64,000 bases of DNA from Octopus sinensis (taxonomy: Eukaryota). A program made the position numbers and the translations under genes. The notes below the pieces were generated by a model. It did no database searches. It was not told the origin of the DNA and saw only the letters and a list, made by a program, of their open reading frames with translations. Below are positions 1-12,255 of the stretch, piece by piece (position 1 is the stretch's first letter; every line of letters starts with the position of its first letter). The DNA lies in contig NC_042998.1 in NCBI RefSeq assembly GCF_006345805.1, forward strand, positions 156,798,001-156,862,000. The letters run 5' to 3'.

Positions 1-636
1 CTACTGGAGGACGATGCCCACTGGGACCAGACACTGGAGGAGGCAACAGTCAGCAGAGCACCAAGTTAACTATGCCAGCTATTTTCTATCATGTTGATGA
101 CATGTGGCTTGCATGAACCTCTCAAGCTTTGGGCGATCCACAAACTCAGCTTGGCAGAGGACATCTAGAAAGGATTCAAAGGCAAACCTCAGTGGAAATT
201 GCCCCGTTCAATAACGCCATTTACAATGAAGCATTACTTGACCTGGACACCTCACAGCTTGCACCTCGATCCACTAAAGCTTTGCAATGACACACGACTT
301 ATAATAAAGAAGATGATGCCAACAATCTTGAAGATAACAATTTTGACTGGTAAAACAAGCGGTGAGCCTGTATTCATATCTAGAATTCAACTTATTCCCT
401 TGGATATGCCTTTCCAGTACAAGTGCCTGCAATTCCCGTTGAAACTGAGCTTTGCAAGGAGCATTAACAAGGCCCAAGAACAGTCCTTGAACGTGGTAGG
501 TCTGAACCTTGCGGAACCAGTTTTCTCCTGTGGCCAACTTTATGTGGGATGTTTAAGAGTCGACAATCCTAATCATTTGTTTATTTATGCCCCACAAGGA
601 AAGACCAAAAATGTTGTTTATCAAGAAGCTCTGTAA
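1..636 (+). mobile_element. Helitron RepHel remnant (Rep-helicase linker fused to the PIF1 helicase C-terminus, internally deleted)
   Basis: Frame 1 reads LLEDDAHWDQTLEEA..LFSIMLMTC..PLKLW (linker, with stops). ORF 199-636 ends FPLKLSFARSINKAQEQSL..GQLYV..KTKNVVYQEAL*, the typical Helitron helicase end. The helicase core between them is missing. Confidence 0.85.
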
Positions 637-2237
637 ACTTAATAAGATTCACCAAATCATCAGGTATTTACTTTTTAACTGTAGTATTTGTAAGTGTTGT
701 AAATGTATTGATAATCTACATATTATTTTATTTTAAAATCTATATACAAATTTATTTGTATGTCTACTGTAAAACTAAATGTCAGTCTGTTTCTACATTC
801 ATTGTAAATCTATTTCAACACTAGCGCCCCTGAGGGTAATATTCTCTGGGAACGCACAAAAGCCCTTTTCAGAGTTATTTTACTTTGAATTGTTATTATC
901 TCATATATGATTAGCCTGTTATTACGTAACATGCTTCACGATTTTAGTATACATATCGTATTGGTATTTCCTCCTAAGTTCTATATACTTTGGAAATGCA
1001 TTAAAGCCCATTTTGAGGATACTTTATTTGAATTTTTACTATCGGGTAGCTAATTTCATGTTATTACATAACTGACTTCACAATTTGGGCATTCATAACA
1101 TATTGAGGATTCCTAAAAACAAGATTCTGTGTAAGACAGTTCGGTATTCTCTGTAAATGCACAAAACCGTTTTAAGGGCTACATACATTGTATTGTTGTT
1201 ATTGGCTTAGCGAAACAATTATGAGAATGGAACCAAGGGATAAGCCCCGATTTTCCCGGAATCACTGGTTATGTCAGCTAGTATATACATACGTATACAT
1301 ACATACATACGACCCTTTTCAGGTAAGACATTATTATTGTTCACTGATATTTTTTCCTATCTTGTCTGTAATAGATTTGTGACTATTCGGTGGTACAGAA
1401 GTATTTTTTGACTTCTATCATTAGCGATATAGGTACTCATGTAGTACCCTTGTGTATATATGTACATATCTAATATTGTATGTATATATTTTATTAATTT
1501 GCCTCTACGGCTAATAATTCGCTTACCACTTGTGATGGTATTTTAATAACACCATCCCTATATTTATTCCTCACTGATACAAACACCATGCATCCTTGGC
1601 GTGAGCATCGCCAATACATATTCTGACCACTTTTTTTGTACTCATAAAATGCTTCTTCGTTTTGCATCATTTTCTTTTGGGTATAACACCCTTTTCTAGC
1701 AAGTACGAAACCGCATCATCTCCTGGTACATTATTTAAGGACTATTTGGCTGCTATTTTTAGCATACATGACAACCACTTCAATGACTCGAATATATTTG
1801 TCGACACATGCTTTCTCACAGACAAAAAAAGTTCTCGTTTGGCTTGTTACTATGAAAACAGGCATGAATATGTTTGTAGTTTACGATTGGCTAAGATTAC
1901 CCAAAATTTTCAAACTTTAATAGCTAATATTGATTTAGGGCGAAAATGATTTTCATGGCATCGATTAGCATATAAAAGTATATGCTAATCAATAGGTTTG
2001 TAGGCGATGGCAAGGCAACGTAGGATGAACGAATCAGAAAACTTAGACGTGATGTAGTCCACTTCCACATTTCATTCCAGCTTATTTTACTCTCGATTAC
2101 GCGTTCCTCCTATCTTGTCATCTGCCCTTGAATCAAATGAAGCTCTTGTAGGAATAAACGACCGTACGTAAGGAGTTGGTGACAAATGTCTTCTTTTGAA
2201 CGTCGCACGGTCATTCCCTAGCATAAGAAGCCATATA

Positions 2238-2754
2238 TCTCTATATATAAAACTCTAGTTGTGTGAGTGTCTGTCCCCTTCGATTTAGATTCCTAACTCC
2301 TCCCACATTTTGCGGTGCAGTTTAACCAAATTCGGGTATCTTATAGTCGTGATTCATATCGAGCCCGTCTGGCTACTAGCGCGCGTCAACGATGAGTCTA
2401 CGATTTTAAAAATAATTTAACATCATTTTTTATTCCATTTTAATGCATAATTTTTCGTGTGTCGATGGCGGCGGAGTTGGCGTCCACGCTCAAACACCTG
2501 CACCTGTGTTTGCTTCTGCCCCTTCTTCCCTCCCTCGTGAAGCTGTGGGGAAGGGAGTGTAAAGAAATCAGCGTCGTAATGCGTTGTCAAGGAGACCAGC
2601 GTTCTTTTAGAACAACGACTTTATGGCTTGAAGACACCAAAACAGAAATGGCTAAGAAAGCCCGAATTGGCATCTATAAGGGAAGTAACTCTCTAAAAAT
2701 GCTTATATAGTTATTTCCCTTACAAACCCGAGCGACGCCGGGCGATACTGCTAG
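2238..2754 (+). mobile_element. Non-autonomous Helitron, complete termini
   Basis: A|TCTCTATATATAAAA at the 5' end. 3' GC hairpin CCCGAGCGACGCCGGG then CTAG|T. Inserted between A and T with no TSD. The 3' end matches the reverse complement of 51359-51430. Confidence 0.85.
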
Positions 2755-3049
2755 TATTATATAAAATACAGTGCCAAAGAAATAAATGAGGACAACAAAC
2801 CGTTCTACTATTTGAGAGAGAAGACTGTATTTACAATGTGTACAATGAGAGAGTGTGAGTGCTAGCGTAGTGTTGTGTATGAATGCGTGCACATAGTATT
2901 TGTGTCTGTGTGTTCGTGTGTGCGACAGAAGGTACAAAGGTGTATGCGTATAACAGAAAATACAGAGTACAGAGCACAAGATAAGTCTCAGCATATTGAG
3001 TTAAGATAGAGTTAGTTTACCAGTTCATGAGGTACACAATAGTAAGTTC

Positions 3050-3965
3050 GGCGATCTTTCGTTTGTAGTAGCACGTTTCCGTTCGGCGATCTTTCGTTTG
3101 TAGTAGCACGTTTCCGTCGATGATTTCCGTAAAAAACTTTTATTTTTTTACATATGGCCTTGCGGGAACATTTGAAGTAATGAGAGCGAAAGAGACTAAG
3201 AGGAAGCGATTTTATGACGAGGGAATTTCTTTTGAAGTTACCGAAGCTTTGATGTACATGTGTGTGTGTGTGTGTGTTTGATGGGGTGTGGGAGACAGAC
3301 AGTATGTTGTGTAAGTGAAGTGCTTCTGTTAGTGTGTGTGAAAGAGAGAGATAACTGAAATTTTTTACTCGGTGTATGTGTATATGTATGTATGCATGTA
3401 TGTGTGTGTGTGTATGTATGTGTGTGTGTGTGTATGTATCTATGTATGTGTGTGTGTATGTATGTATGTATGGCCGATTCAGTGTACACTGAATCGGCCA
3501 TACATACATACATACATACATACATACATACATACATACACACACACATACATAGATACATACACACACACACATATACATACACACACACACATACATG
3601 CATACATACATATACACATACACCGAGTAAAAAATTTCAGTTATCTCTCTCTTTCACACATTACTCTCTCTGTCTCTTCACACACACTAACAGAAGCACT
3701 TCACTTACACAACATACTGTCTGTCTACCACACCCCATCAAACACACACACACACGCGCGCACACACACACACATGTACATCAATGCTTTGATAACTTCA
3801 AAAGAAATCCCCTCGTCATAAAATCGCTTCCTCTTAGTCTCTTTCGCTCTCATTACTTCAAATGTTCCCGCAAGGCCATATGTAAAAAAATAAAAGTTTT
3901 TTACGGAAATCGACGGAAACGTGCTACTACAAACGAAAGATTGCTACTACAAACGAAAGATTGCC
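3050..3965. mobile_element. Fully palindromic foldback/MITE-like element with 8-bp TSD
   Basis: Arms 3050-3485 and 3486-3965 are reverse complements around GGCCGATTCAGTGT|ACACTGAATCGGCC with no spacer. Termini GGCGATC...GATTGCC. GTAAGTTC is repeated at 3042-3049 and 3966-3973. Confidence 0.8.
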
Positions 3966-5089
3966 GTAAGTTCTATAACAAGATGTTGTGGGTCACGTGG
4001 CAGAGCTGGTTACTACTCGTGTAGAGGTTGTGGCTATCATGCCGTGCTGAGTCTCTTGATATAGATAGTTCTTTCAGATAGACTGACTGTTACTTTTCGG
4101 TGAAAGATTCACACAAACAGCGTGAGTTAAACCTGGTCGGTGTGTAGATGTGTGCATGCTGTTGACGGTGCAATGGCGACGATGGTGGAGACGACGTAAA
4201 GTTGAAGTACGACGATGGGGATGACGAAGGCGGAGATGGAGATCGTCCTGCGTAGCGGGTGTACAATAGCGTCTTCATAGCTGGAGCAGTAGCATGGTTG
4301 GGTGGCTGGTCGTCTGTCGCTGGAACTGGAACATAGCTGAGTAGCCGAAAGACGGTGAATAGTGAAAACTAGCACATTATAAAGCCTGTGGTAGGCTCAA
4401 ATAAAGCATCCTATCCGAAGGCCGTGATTGGTTAGCTTTACACAATGGCGCGAAATAAGTAGAGATACAGACCGCGCCAAATGCCAACCAATCAGATCAG
4501 TGGATACAACAGGGTCAAACTAGCCAAAGATGGTTGTAATCTCAAACGAGATCATTCTTATCGTGTCTCTCAAACAGTGAGGATATCAGATATGCTACAC
4601 TCTCTTCTCTCTCGGAGAATTCTTGGATTCTCAACCAGGAATTCAAACCGTAGCTTAAATGTTTCTGCTAGTTTCTTTCCTTTGTTCTTTTGAAATGCAC
4701 TCAGTGATTTACGTGAGTCAATTGTGAAACTCCGTTCAACATAGATAAGCTTTATCTATTTTCCTAATATCTGAGATTAAATCTTAATTCATCCCACGAA
4801 AAATCCTCTGTTCCCCTAATCTAATTTATCTAGGAAATTATTATAAATACAGAACACTAAATAGAATTCTTCTTTTTTAACCCGGAGGTACATGCTTGTT
4901 TTCTTTCTTCAGTAGTGCCAGTGAAAGAAGATATGTCTTCTCCTCTCTTCTCATAGCGTCACCGAAGTAACAAACATCTCTTACCCTTTTCGCTCGACAA
5001 CTTTCAAAGAAGTAAATTCCCTTACGTTCTCTCCTTTTTCGGCCACGTAACAGTAGACGAAAATGACCAGAGTTGATTACAAAATGGGC

Positions 5090-5295
5090 AGCAGAAGCAG
5101 ATTGTCCGGCTTGCTAGCTATTCTGCCAGCACGCCGACTTAACAGTCTTTTATATATTGGTTTCAAATTTTGGCACAAAACTAACAATTTCAAAGGAGGG
5201 GGTAAGTCGATTACATCGACCCCAGTGCTCAACTGGTACTTATTTTATCGAACCCGAAAGAATGAAAGGCAAAGTCGGCCTCGGCGGAAATAGAC
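5090..5295 (-). mobile_element. tRNA-type SINE fragments (same family as 35207, 37081, 38420, 42565, 56460)
   Basis: Reverse complement of the family core GCCGAGG..GACTTTGCCTTTCAT..GATAAAATAAGTACCAGTTGAGCACTGGGGTCGATGTAATCGAC. Confidence 0.7.
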
Positions 5296-5416
5296 GTCTA
5301 TATATTAACAACACAAAACAGTTGTATATATTGTAACATTAAATAAAAACCAATTTAACTGTTATCTATTTCTTGTCATTTATGCACATCACCACTGCAC
5401 CGATCATGCAGCATCC

Positions 5417-8400
5417 AATTTCTTTATTAGCCACAAGGGCCCAAACATAGAGGGGTACAATACAGCTTGATTGGGGTCAGACACAATGATTATATGACTT
5501 TTAAAATTTTACAAAATATAATGAAATCGAATGGAATCGAATGAGATACAACAAGGACGTAATACAAACATGAGATGAAGCAGAGAGATGGCTTACGCTC
5601 CGACCCCACGAGCTCCATTCTCCTACTGAAACTTTTGTATTCAGACTTATGACATGTTTACGAGGAATCTTTCATTCCCAGCACCCTCGCAACATGCAAC
5701 CATCTTTCTTTGAACATTTTCTTTGACAGGCATCTTCTCTTCCTTTTAATGTAGGAGATAAAAAATCTCACCAACTCGAGACCGGAGATGAGGTTGCCTG
5801 TCGCCAAACCTTTCATTCACGACTTCCATACCACCACTTTCGCTATTGCTACTACTGCGAGAAAACATTGCTTACCTTCTTTCGTGAGGAAATCCGGTGG
5901 GTCAATTTTTACGATTGACTCAGACGACAACTGTACTCTTCCCGAACCTGACAGCAGATGTTCTACACAAGCCCACACTTCAGACACTCCCGGACACTGA
6001 ACAATAGCGTGCAGGACGGTTTCCCTATCCCGCCCGCATCTTGGACAGTCGGCAGTGGTAATTCGACCGTGTCTTGCGAGCTTATCCCGAACGGGTAAGG
6101 CTCCTCGGTAACATTGCCAGGCCAGGGATTTTTGGAAATTATCCAAACACCCCGGCCCGAACGTCCTTCGGAACAGACTGTCTAACTGGTTATCGCCGAG
6201 ACCTAGGGTCTCCTCTAGGGTATCGTCGTTCCCAGCCTCTACCAGCCTGCTATAGAAAAATGTGGTGGTACCAAAACCGCTAGCATTACCCGAGCGATGG
6301 AACTGTAGGAGTGCTTTACGGCACTCCGTAAACCATGTACCCAAGATCGATCTACGAAGGAACCAACTTTCTTGTCCACTAAAACTAGTGAACCTGGGAA
6401 ACAACAGATTCGCGAGCGGAGACCACACCTGTTTACCATTCAGGAGTAGCCAGAGATGCCTCAACCTCAGCGCATGTTTGCGCATCAACAGCCAAGGCAT
6501 CCCCAGTTCTCCATTCAACGGCTTCTGGCAGCAGATAGAACGCCTCACAAGATGAGTGGTGCTCTTCCACAAAAAGCAGAAGATCTGCCTCTCCAACTTG
6601 CTCAACCACGAACCGGGACAGGGCACGACGGTTAGGCGGTAAATGATGACCGATGCGATAAACACATTGGCCACCTCCGCCCGCACTTTCAAGGATAACC
6701 ACCGCCAAGACCAGGTCTTGACTATGCAGGTCACCTTGCTCGATACCTCTGCCCAGTTCTTTTCTACCTGGAGATCTGGTCCAAACCAAACTCCTAGCAG
6801 CTTAAGCGGGCCCTCCGTCCAACGCCCCACGACGCTATCCGAAGGCATCGACTTGCCCCTCCAGGTGCCGAGTTGCCAGCCGACTGACTTTTCCCGGTTA
6901 ATCTTTGCTCCTGTTACCGTCTCGTAAACCTTAATGGTTTCACCTACCCTCTGTAGGTGTTCCATCTTAGTTACGATAATGGTGATGTCATCCGCATATG
7001 CTGAAACCGACTCTCCTCGGGATGCCACTCAACTTTCGCAGTAACGGCTCTAGGGCCATCACATACCAAAGCGGCGAGAGCGGACATCCTTAGCGAACTG
7101 AGCGCTTAATAGAGAACGGCCTAGAAAGAAAGCCGTTCACCCGAACGATCGAATCGATGTTATCGTATAATTGGATTATCCACCAAAGGAAGCCAAGACC
7201 CAGCCCGAACTGTGCCAGCACGGACACCAGGTATCGATGGTCAACCCTATCGAATGCTTTTGACTGGTCTAAACGGACCAAAGCCTCACCTTTGCCAGAA
7301 TCACTACCAAACCCTTCTAAGGTATAGCGTATAAGATGGAGATTGTCCTGAATGCTTCTGCCGGGGACGACACAGGTTTGTGCCTTGCCGATCAAAGTAT
7401 TCGCGACCCGCCCCGATCTTTTTGCTAGTACCTTGGCCAAAATCTTCACCTCTGCGTTTAACAGAGTGATGGGCCTAAAGTTGTCTATCTTATCTCCCTT
7501 GTTTGGGTCCTTCCTGACCAGAGTCACCACTCCCCTGCGTACAGATCTGGGAATCGACCCATTCTGCTGCCAGTTAGCGTAAACCCAGGCCAGAATTTGC
7601 CCAAACAAGTCTGGCATACTTTTGTACAATTCATAAGGCAAACCATCAAGTCCCGGCGCCCTACCAGCTTTACAGTCCATTATAGCCTCTCTCACCTCCT
7701 GAGGTGTGATCGGACCATCACAGCACTCAGCATCAGCCCCGAGAGACGCGGCAACCCAGCAAGGAAGTCTGAAAAGTCCAACCTACCATCCGGTCCATCG
7801 CTCCTCCCGAAAAGCTGTGCAAAGTGCTCCTGAGAAGCCTGACACATCTCATCGGGTTCGTTCACAATCTCGCCTTGTAGGTTCTCGACAGATCGAATTG
7901 TGGAATCATTTCCACGTTGGGTTTCCACCATCCGAGCCCATCCAGCGGCATTGATCCCCTCACTCCCCATTGCACGAAGTCTAGCCCTGATAATGCATCC
8001 CATGTATTTGGCCTTGAGATGCTGGTTTAATTCCAGTCTCTTAGCCTTCGCCTGAGCAGCACTACCAGTCAACACGGCTTCCTCTCATTCTTTAACCAGT
8101 TCTAGTTCCCTCTTACGCTCTCTAACCACTAAACCTATGCTATATCTAACAATTTAATGACTCTTTTGGGGGCGTACCACCATTTATTATTAATGATGGT
8201 ACCTGTTAAAGCCCTCTGTATCAGTAACTTAATCCGGCTTCTGTACTCTTCGTTCGCCAAATGGGACTTATTGAGTTTCCAGTAACCAGATCCTCTACTC
8301 TGTAACTTATCTAGGTTCAGCTTACAAGTGACCAATTTATGATCACTGTAGCTGACCAAGTGGAACTGTGGACACTTAGCTATGGATCAATCAGTTTCTC

Positions 8401-8935
8401 TAATTAGAATCCTATCTATATAGGACTTAAAAGACCCGTCACCACTTAACCATGTCCACATTGGGGTGTTCGGGAATCCAAGTCTGTATGGATCTACTAG
8501 CTGAAAGCGACTTAGTAGATCCCGGAAGCCGGCATTAGGTATGGGGAGGGACCACCTTTATTTCGGTCCCTTCTTTTGTTAATAGCTCTCGGTGTGCCTT
8601 CAAATTGGTTGTGTCAATTTTCCTTGAGTTTCCTCCAGCGGCAGCCGCAAAGCTCCTTATTGGTTCTTCCAATATCCTTCTGCTCACTACAGAATCCTTA
8701 CTGGTACTTGGCACTGGAGATACACTCTCCCTACGTGCGACAGTACCTTCCATTGTGTAAAAACACTAATAAATACAGTAAAGCGTTCCCCCGCACGGGG
8801 AAATTAAAACAAATTTTGCTTCAAAACAAACAATAAACAGTTCCTTTTTTCAAATTATAATAACCAAATTTAACTGTAACAGACACAAAATTTTAACTTT
8901 GCACGACCAAAAAACACACTTTTAACTTACTGCAT
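5417..8935 (-). mobile_element. Tx1/L1-clade LINE, degraded and internally deleted (APE C-terminus, RT, zf-RVT, 3' UTR)
   Basis: Minus-strand motifs MWTW..SYIDRILI..SDHKLV..GSGYWKLN (endonuclease), APGLDGLPYELYK, NFRPITLLNAEVKILAKV, DQSKAFDRVDH, AYADDITIIV and CPRCGRDRETVLHAIVQC. The 3' UTR ends AATAAAGAAATT. The 5' boundary is approximate. Confidence 0.85.
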
Positions 8936-9289
8936 AATAAGCGATATTTAAAAAAAAACGTCTACATCCGACTTCGATCATACAGCATCCACCGCATTCT
9001 GGTTACCCAACATCTACTATCCATCTTAAAACCGTTACATAGAGATATTAGATATTGATAGAGGAAGGGGTCTCTTATCGGTCTTATCTACTCAATGTCA
9101 TTAGGGACGCCGTCGTAATATGCAGCTTGTCGCGGTATTTTAAATCTGGTGAATCCAAGAACTCACTAGGTTTAAATAGAGCCAATATCTTCCAAAGAGA
9201 GAGAAAGAAAAGAGAGTGTGAGAGAGAAAGAGAGTGAGAGAGAGAGAAAGAGAGAGAGAGAAAAAGGGAGAGGTGATGTGTATGTGTGT

Positions 9290-9452
9290 AGGGGAAGTAT
9301 CGACTCCGGCACTGACCTAGCATTTTATTTATTGACCTGGAAAGGATGAAAAGCAAAGTTGAACTGCTGCGGAATTTGAATTCAGGACGCAGGGAGCCAG
9401 ATCAAATAGCGCAAAACTTGTCCAACGCCTCCATAACTCTGCCAGCTCGCGC
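9290..9452 (-). mobile_element. tRNA-type SINE fragment
   Basis: Reverse complement of GCGAGCTGGCAGAG...GAATTCAAATTCCGC...CTTTTCATCCTTTCC. Confidence 0.65.
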
Positions 9453-9668
9453 CCATCAACCGTCCAGCGTCCATCAATCCACTATTCAGGCATTTATGTA
9501 CACATACGCATACATATAAATAAATGTTATGCTTGTGTACGATGCCTTGTTTTATTTCTTTATATTTTTACTGATCTAAATATAATTTCAATCCGGTTTG
9601 TGAAAACACTTGATCGGGCAACATTCCAGGAACTTATCCACCCATGTATAACCTCTACTCTCTTCTTT

Positions 9669-9700
9669 TATAAATTCTGTATAAGTGTTAGCATATCGTT
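9669..9700 (+). promoter_or_regulatory. Candidate TATA box and initiator of iLBP gene A
   Basis: TATAAAT at 9669-9675, an Inr-like TCGTT about 27 nt downstream, and the ATG at 9762. The position fits, but the motif is short. Confidence 0.5.
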
Positions 9701-9761
9701 GAAAGAAGCAAAACTTTCGAGCGATTAAAGTGGGTGTGTTTTCTCATAACACAAATCTAAG

Positions 9762-9837
9762 ATGGAAAAGTTTGTTGGAAAATGGGAACAAATTGATGAA
9801 GAAGTCCCCAACCAAGAGGCATTTCTTAATGCTGCAG
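9762..9837 (+). CDS. iLBP/FABP-family gene A, exon 1 (MEKFVGKWEQIDEEVPNQEAFLNAAG)
   Basis: FxGKW and ..FLxAAG match the FABP N-terminal signature. 76 nt ending in phase 1 at G|GTAAGG, the conserved FABP intron-1 position. Confidence 0.85.
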
Positions 9838-10129
9838 GTAAGGTAATACTTTCATTTTCTGCTCTGATTCACTATTTGATTCACTCTGTATTTTTTTGTA
9901 TTTGTTGTACATACTTTCGTCTTGGTTGGTAATTATTTGACGGCAACGATTCGAGAGAGGAAGGTATAACTTGGCTGCCTCCATGAAGAACTTGTGCAAC
10001 ATACTTTCTTCATGTTGAGAAGTTATAAATAAATATCTTGCAAGATATTGTTGCAGATATTTTGATCGAATTCGTGGCTTTTTGATTCGTTCTTTTATGT
10101 CCCTCCAAAGTCTTTCAGTATTTTGTGTG

Positions 10130-10435
10130 TGTATTTTCTCTAGGTGCTATCTTCAAAATTGTTAGAGTGAGGCATTTTCGAATCCTTGTTTCAATGTCCT
10201 CTCTCCACCCATTCGGAAAACATTTCCCCAACAAATTTCTTTACAATCGTAATCTATGCTGTTTGAAAGGTGCTTCTGTAAAATTTCACTAAAAGATATC
10301 CATTTTCCTGAAAGTTATGAGGAGAAAAATCGGATCGTATGAATTTTCCGAAAGTCCTCTCCCCTACCCACGTCTCGTTTGTTTGCGCAAACTTTTGTTT
10401 TCATATTCGTTTACTACACGTTTTTTACACCTATG
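10130..10435. repeat. Repeat with a ~157-bp internal period, continued at 12256-12545; probably one element split by the HERO/Tx1 insertion
   Basis: Shared CTGAAAGTTATGAGG..GAATTTTCCGAAAGTCC and CTTTTGTTTTCATATTCGTTT..TTTTTACACCTA blocks lie on both sides of 10440-12255. Confidence 0.55.
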
Positions 10436-10499
10436 ATGTCTTGCAAACAACTTGCACATGTAAGTGCTACCAGTTAAAAGCTCCGTATACCGGAAGCTA

Positions 10500-12255
10500 G
10501 CAAGTGTATGGGGTCATCAGGAGAGAATGCGTGCCGTTTCGGGGCCTACCTCTCGACGGCATCAATGCGCACCGGCCCCCACTCACTGATATGAGGCCCC
10601 GCTTGCTAGATCAGCTGGTTATGAAGTTAAACTCAATATACTTCTAGCCATCGCTCATCGTCTCTTTTTAACCAAATCCAGTGGCTAGCCTTCTCCACTG
10701 TACATTGGATATCAGTCATGGTGGTATTGACTTTACGATGAGTTAGGCCTAGCGATAACAACAGTCGTCTCACGCTGTGTCCAACAAACCCTCTACATCC
10801 AATTTCTTTATTAGCCACAAGGGCCCAAACATAGAGGGGGACAATACAGCCTAATTGGGGTCAGACACACAATGATTATATGACTTTTAAAATTTTACAA
10901 AATATAATGAAATCGAATGAGATACAACAAGGACGAAATACAAACATGAGATGAAGCAGAGAGATAGCTTACGCTCCGACCCCACGAGCCCCATTCTCCT
11001 ACTGAAACTTTTGTATTCAGACTTATGACATGTTCACGAGGAATCTTTTATTCCCAGTACCCTCGCAACATGCAACCATCTTTCTTTGAACATTTTCTTT
11101 GACAGGCACCTTCTTTCCAGCCTCACCTTCCTTTTAAGGTGGAAGATAAAATATCTCACCAACCCGAAACCGGAGCCTGTCGCCAAACCTTTCATTCACG
11201 ACTTCCATACCACCTCTTTCACTATTGCTACTACTGCGAGAAAACATTGCTTACCTTCTTTCGTGAGGAAATCCGGCGGGTCAATTTTTACGATTGACTC
11301 AGACGACAACTGTACTCTTCCCGAACCTGACAGCAGATGTTCTGTTTAAATCCACACTACAGACACTCCCGGACACTGAACAATAGCGTGCAGGACAGAT
11401 TCCCTATCCCGCCCGCATCTTGGACAGTCGGCAGTGGTAGTTCGACCGTGTCTTGCGAGCTTATCCCGAACGGGTAAGGCTCCTCGGTAACATTGCCAGG
11501 CCAGGGATTTTTGGAAATTATCCAAACACCCCGGCCCGAACGTCCTTCGGAACAGACTGTCTAACTGGTTATCGCCGAGACCTAGGGTCTCCTCTAGAGT
11601 ATCGTCGTTCCCAGCCTCTACCAACCTGCTATAGAAAAATGTGGTGGTACCAAAACCGCTAGCATTACCCGAGCGATGGAACTGTAGGAGTGCTTTACGG
11701 CATTCCATAAACCATGTACCCAACATCGATCTACGAAGGAACCAACTTTCTTGTCCACTAAAACTAGTGAACCTGGGAAACATCCGTTCCGCGAGTGGAG
11801 ACCACACCTGTTCACCATTCAGGAGTAGCCAGAGATGCCTCAACCTCAGCGCATGTTTGCGCATCAACAGCCAAGGCATCCCCAGTCCTCCATTCAACGG
11901 CTTCTGGCAGCAGATAGAACGTCTCACGACTTCGATAGGAAAATGTTACGCTTTCCAGCCTGCGTCTTCACATTCCTCGAGGAGGTTTTCATAACGGTTC
12001 AATTTTCGAACCCGAGCAGCGTCCATATTATCTTCATGAGGAATCGTTAGCTCGACTATATTTACAACTTTCTTTCTTTCTCACCACATCAAAATATCTG
12101 GTTTTTTCGTAACTGGGATGAGAAAGAAAACCTGGCACCCAGGTAAATCTGCAGTTACCTCCCAATAGCCGTTCCACTTTTCATTTTTCTCAGGAAGTTT
12201 CTTGATCTTCTTCTTGAAACGGATCTGCTTTTTTTTCGTTTTGGTGACCGGGTGC
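10500..12255 (-). mobile_element. HERO-like RLE non-LTR retrotransposon 3' fragment, interrupted by a Tx1 copy
   Basis: 12190-11928 reads WEVTADL..KKPDILMW..IVELTIPHEDNMDAARVRKLNRY..GWKA*HFPIEV. It resumes at 10800 as GCRGFVGHSV..EKASHWIWLKR*, a PD-(D/E)xK endonuclease of HERO type. Confidence 0.8.
10801..11927 (-). mobile_element. Tx1/L1-clade LINE, 5'-truncated second copy
   Basis: Near-identical to about 5417-6548 (zf-RVT region and 3' UTR ending AATAAAGAAATT). Confidence 0.85.

Noticed and set aside
3012-4024. Long His/Thr/Tyr/Val/Cys/Met-rich ORFs (also 17086-18108, 23872-24238, 28064-28738, 53380-54121)
   Set aside because: They are translations of (TATG)n/(CA)n/(TA)n microsatellites, not genes.
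3984-4444. Possible solo LTR (TGTTGT...ACA with AATAAA) followed by a PBS-like TGGCGC
   Set aside because: There is no matching TSD, and the putative end lies inside a GATTGG...CCAATC hairpin repeat also seen at about 42007-42075.
10633-10818. ORF MANKEIGCRGF as an independent protein
   Set aside because: It is a chimera of the Tx1 3' UTR and the HERO C-terminus.
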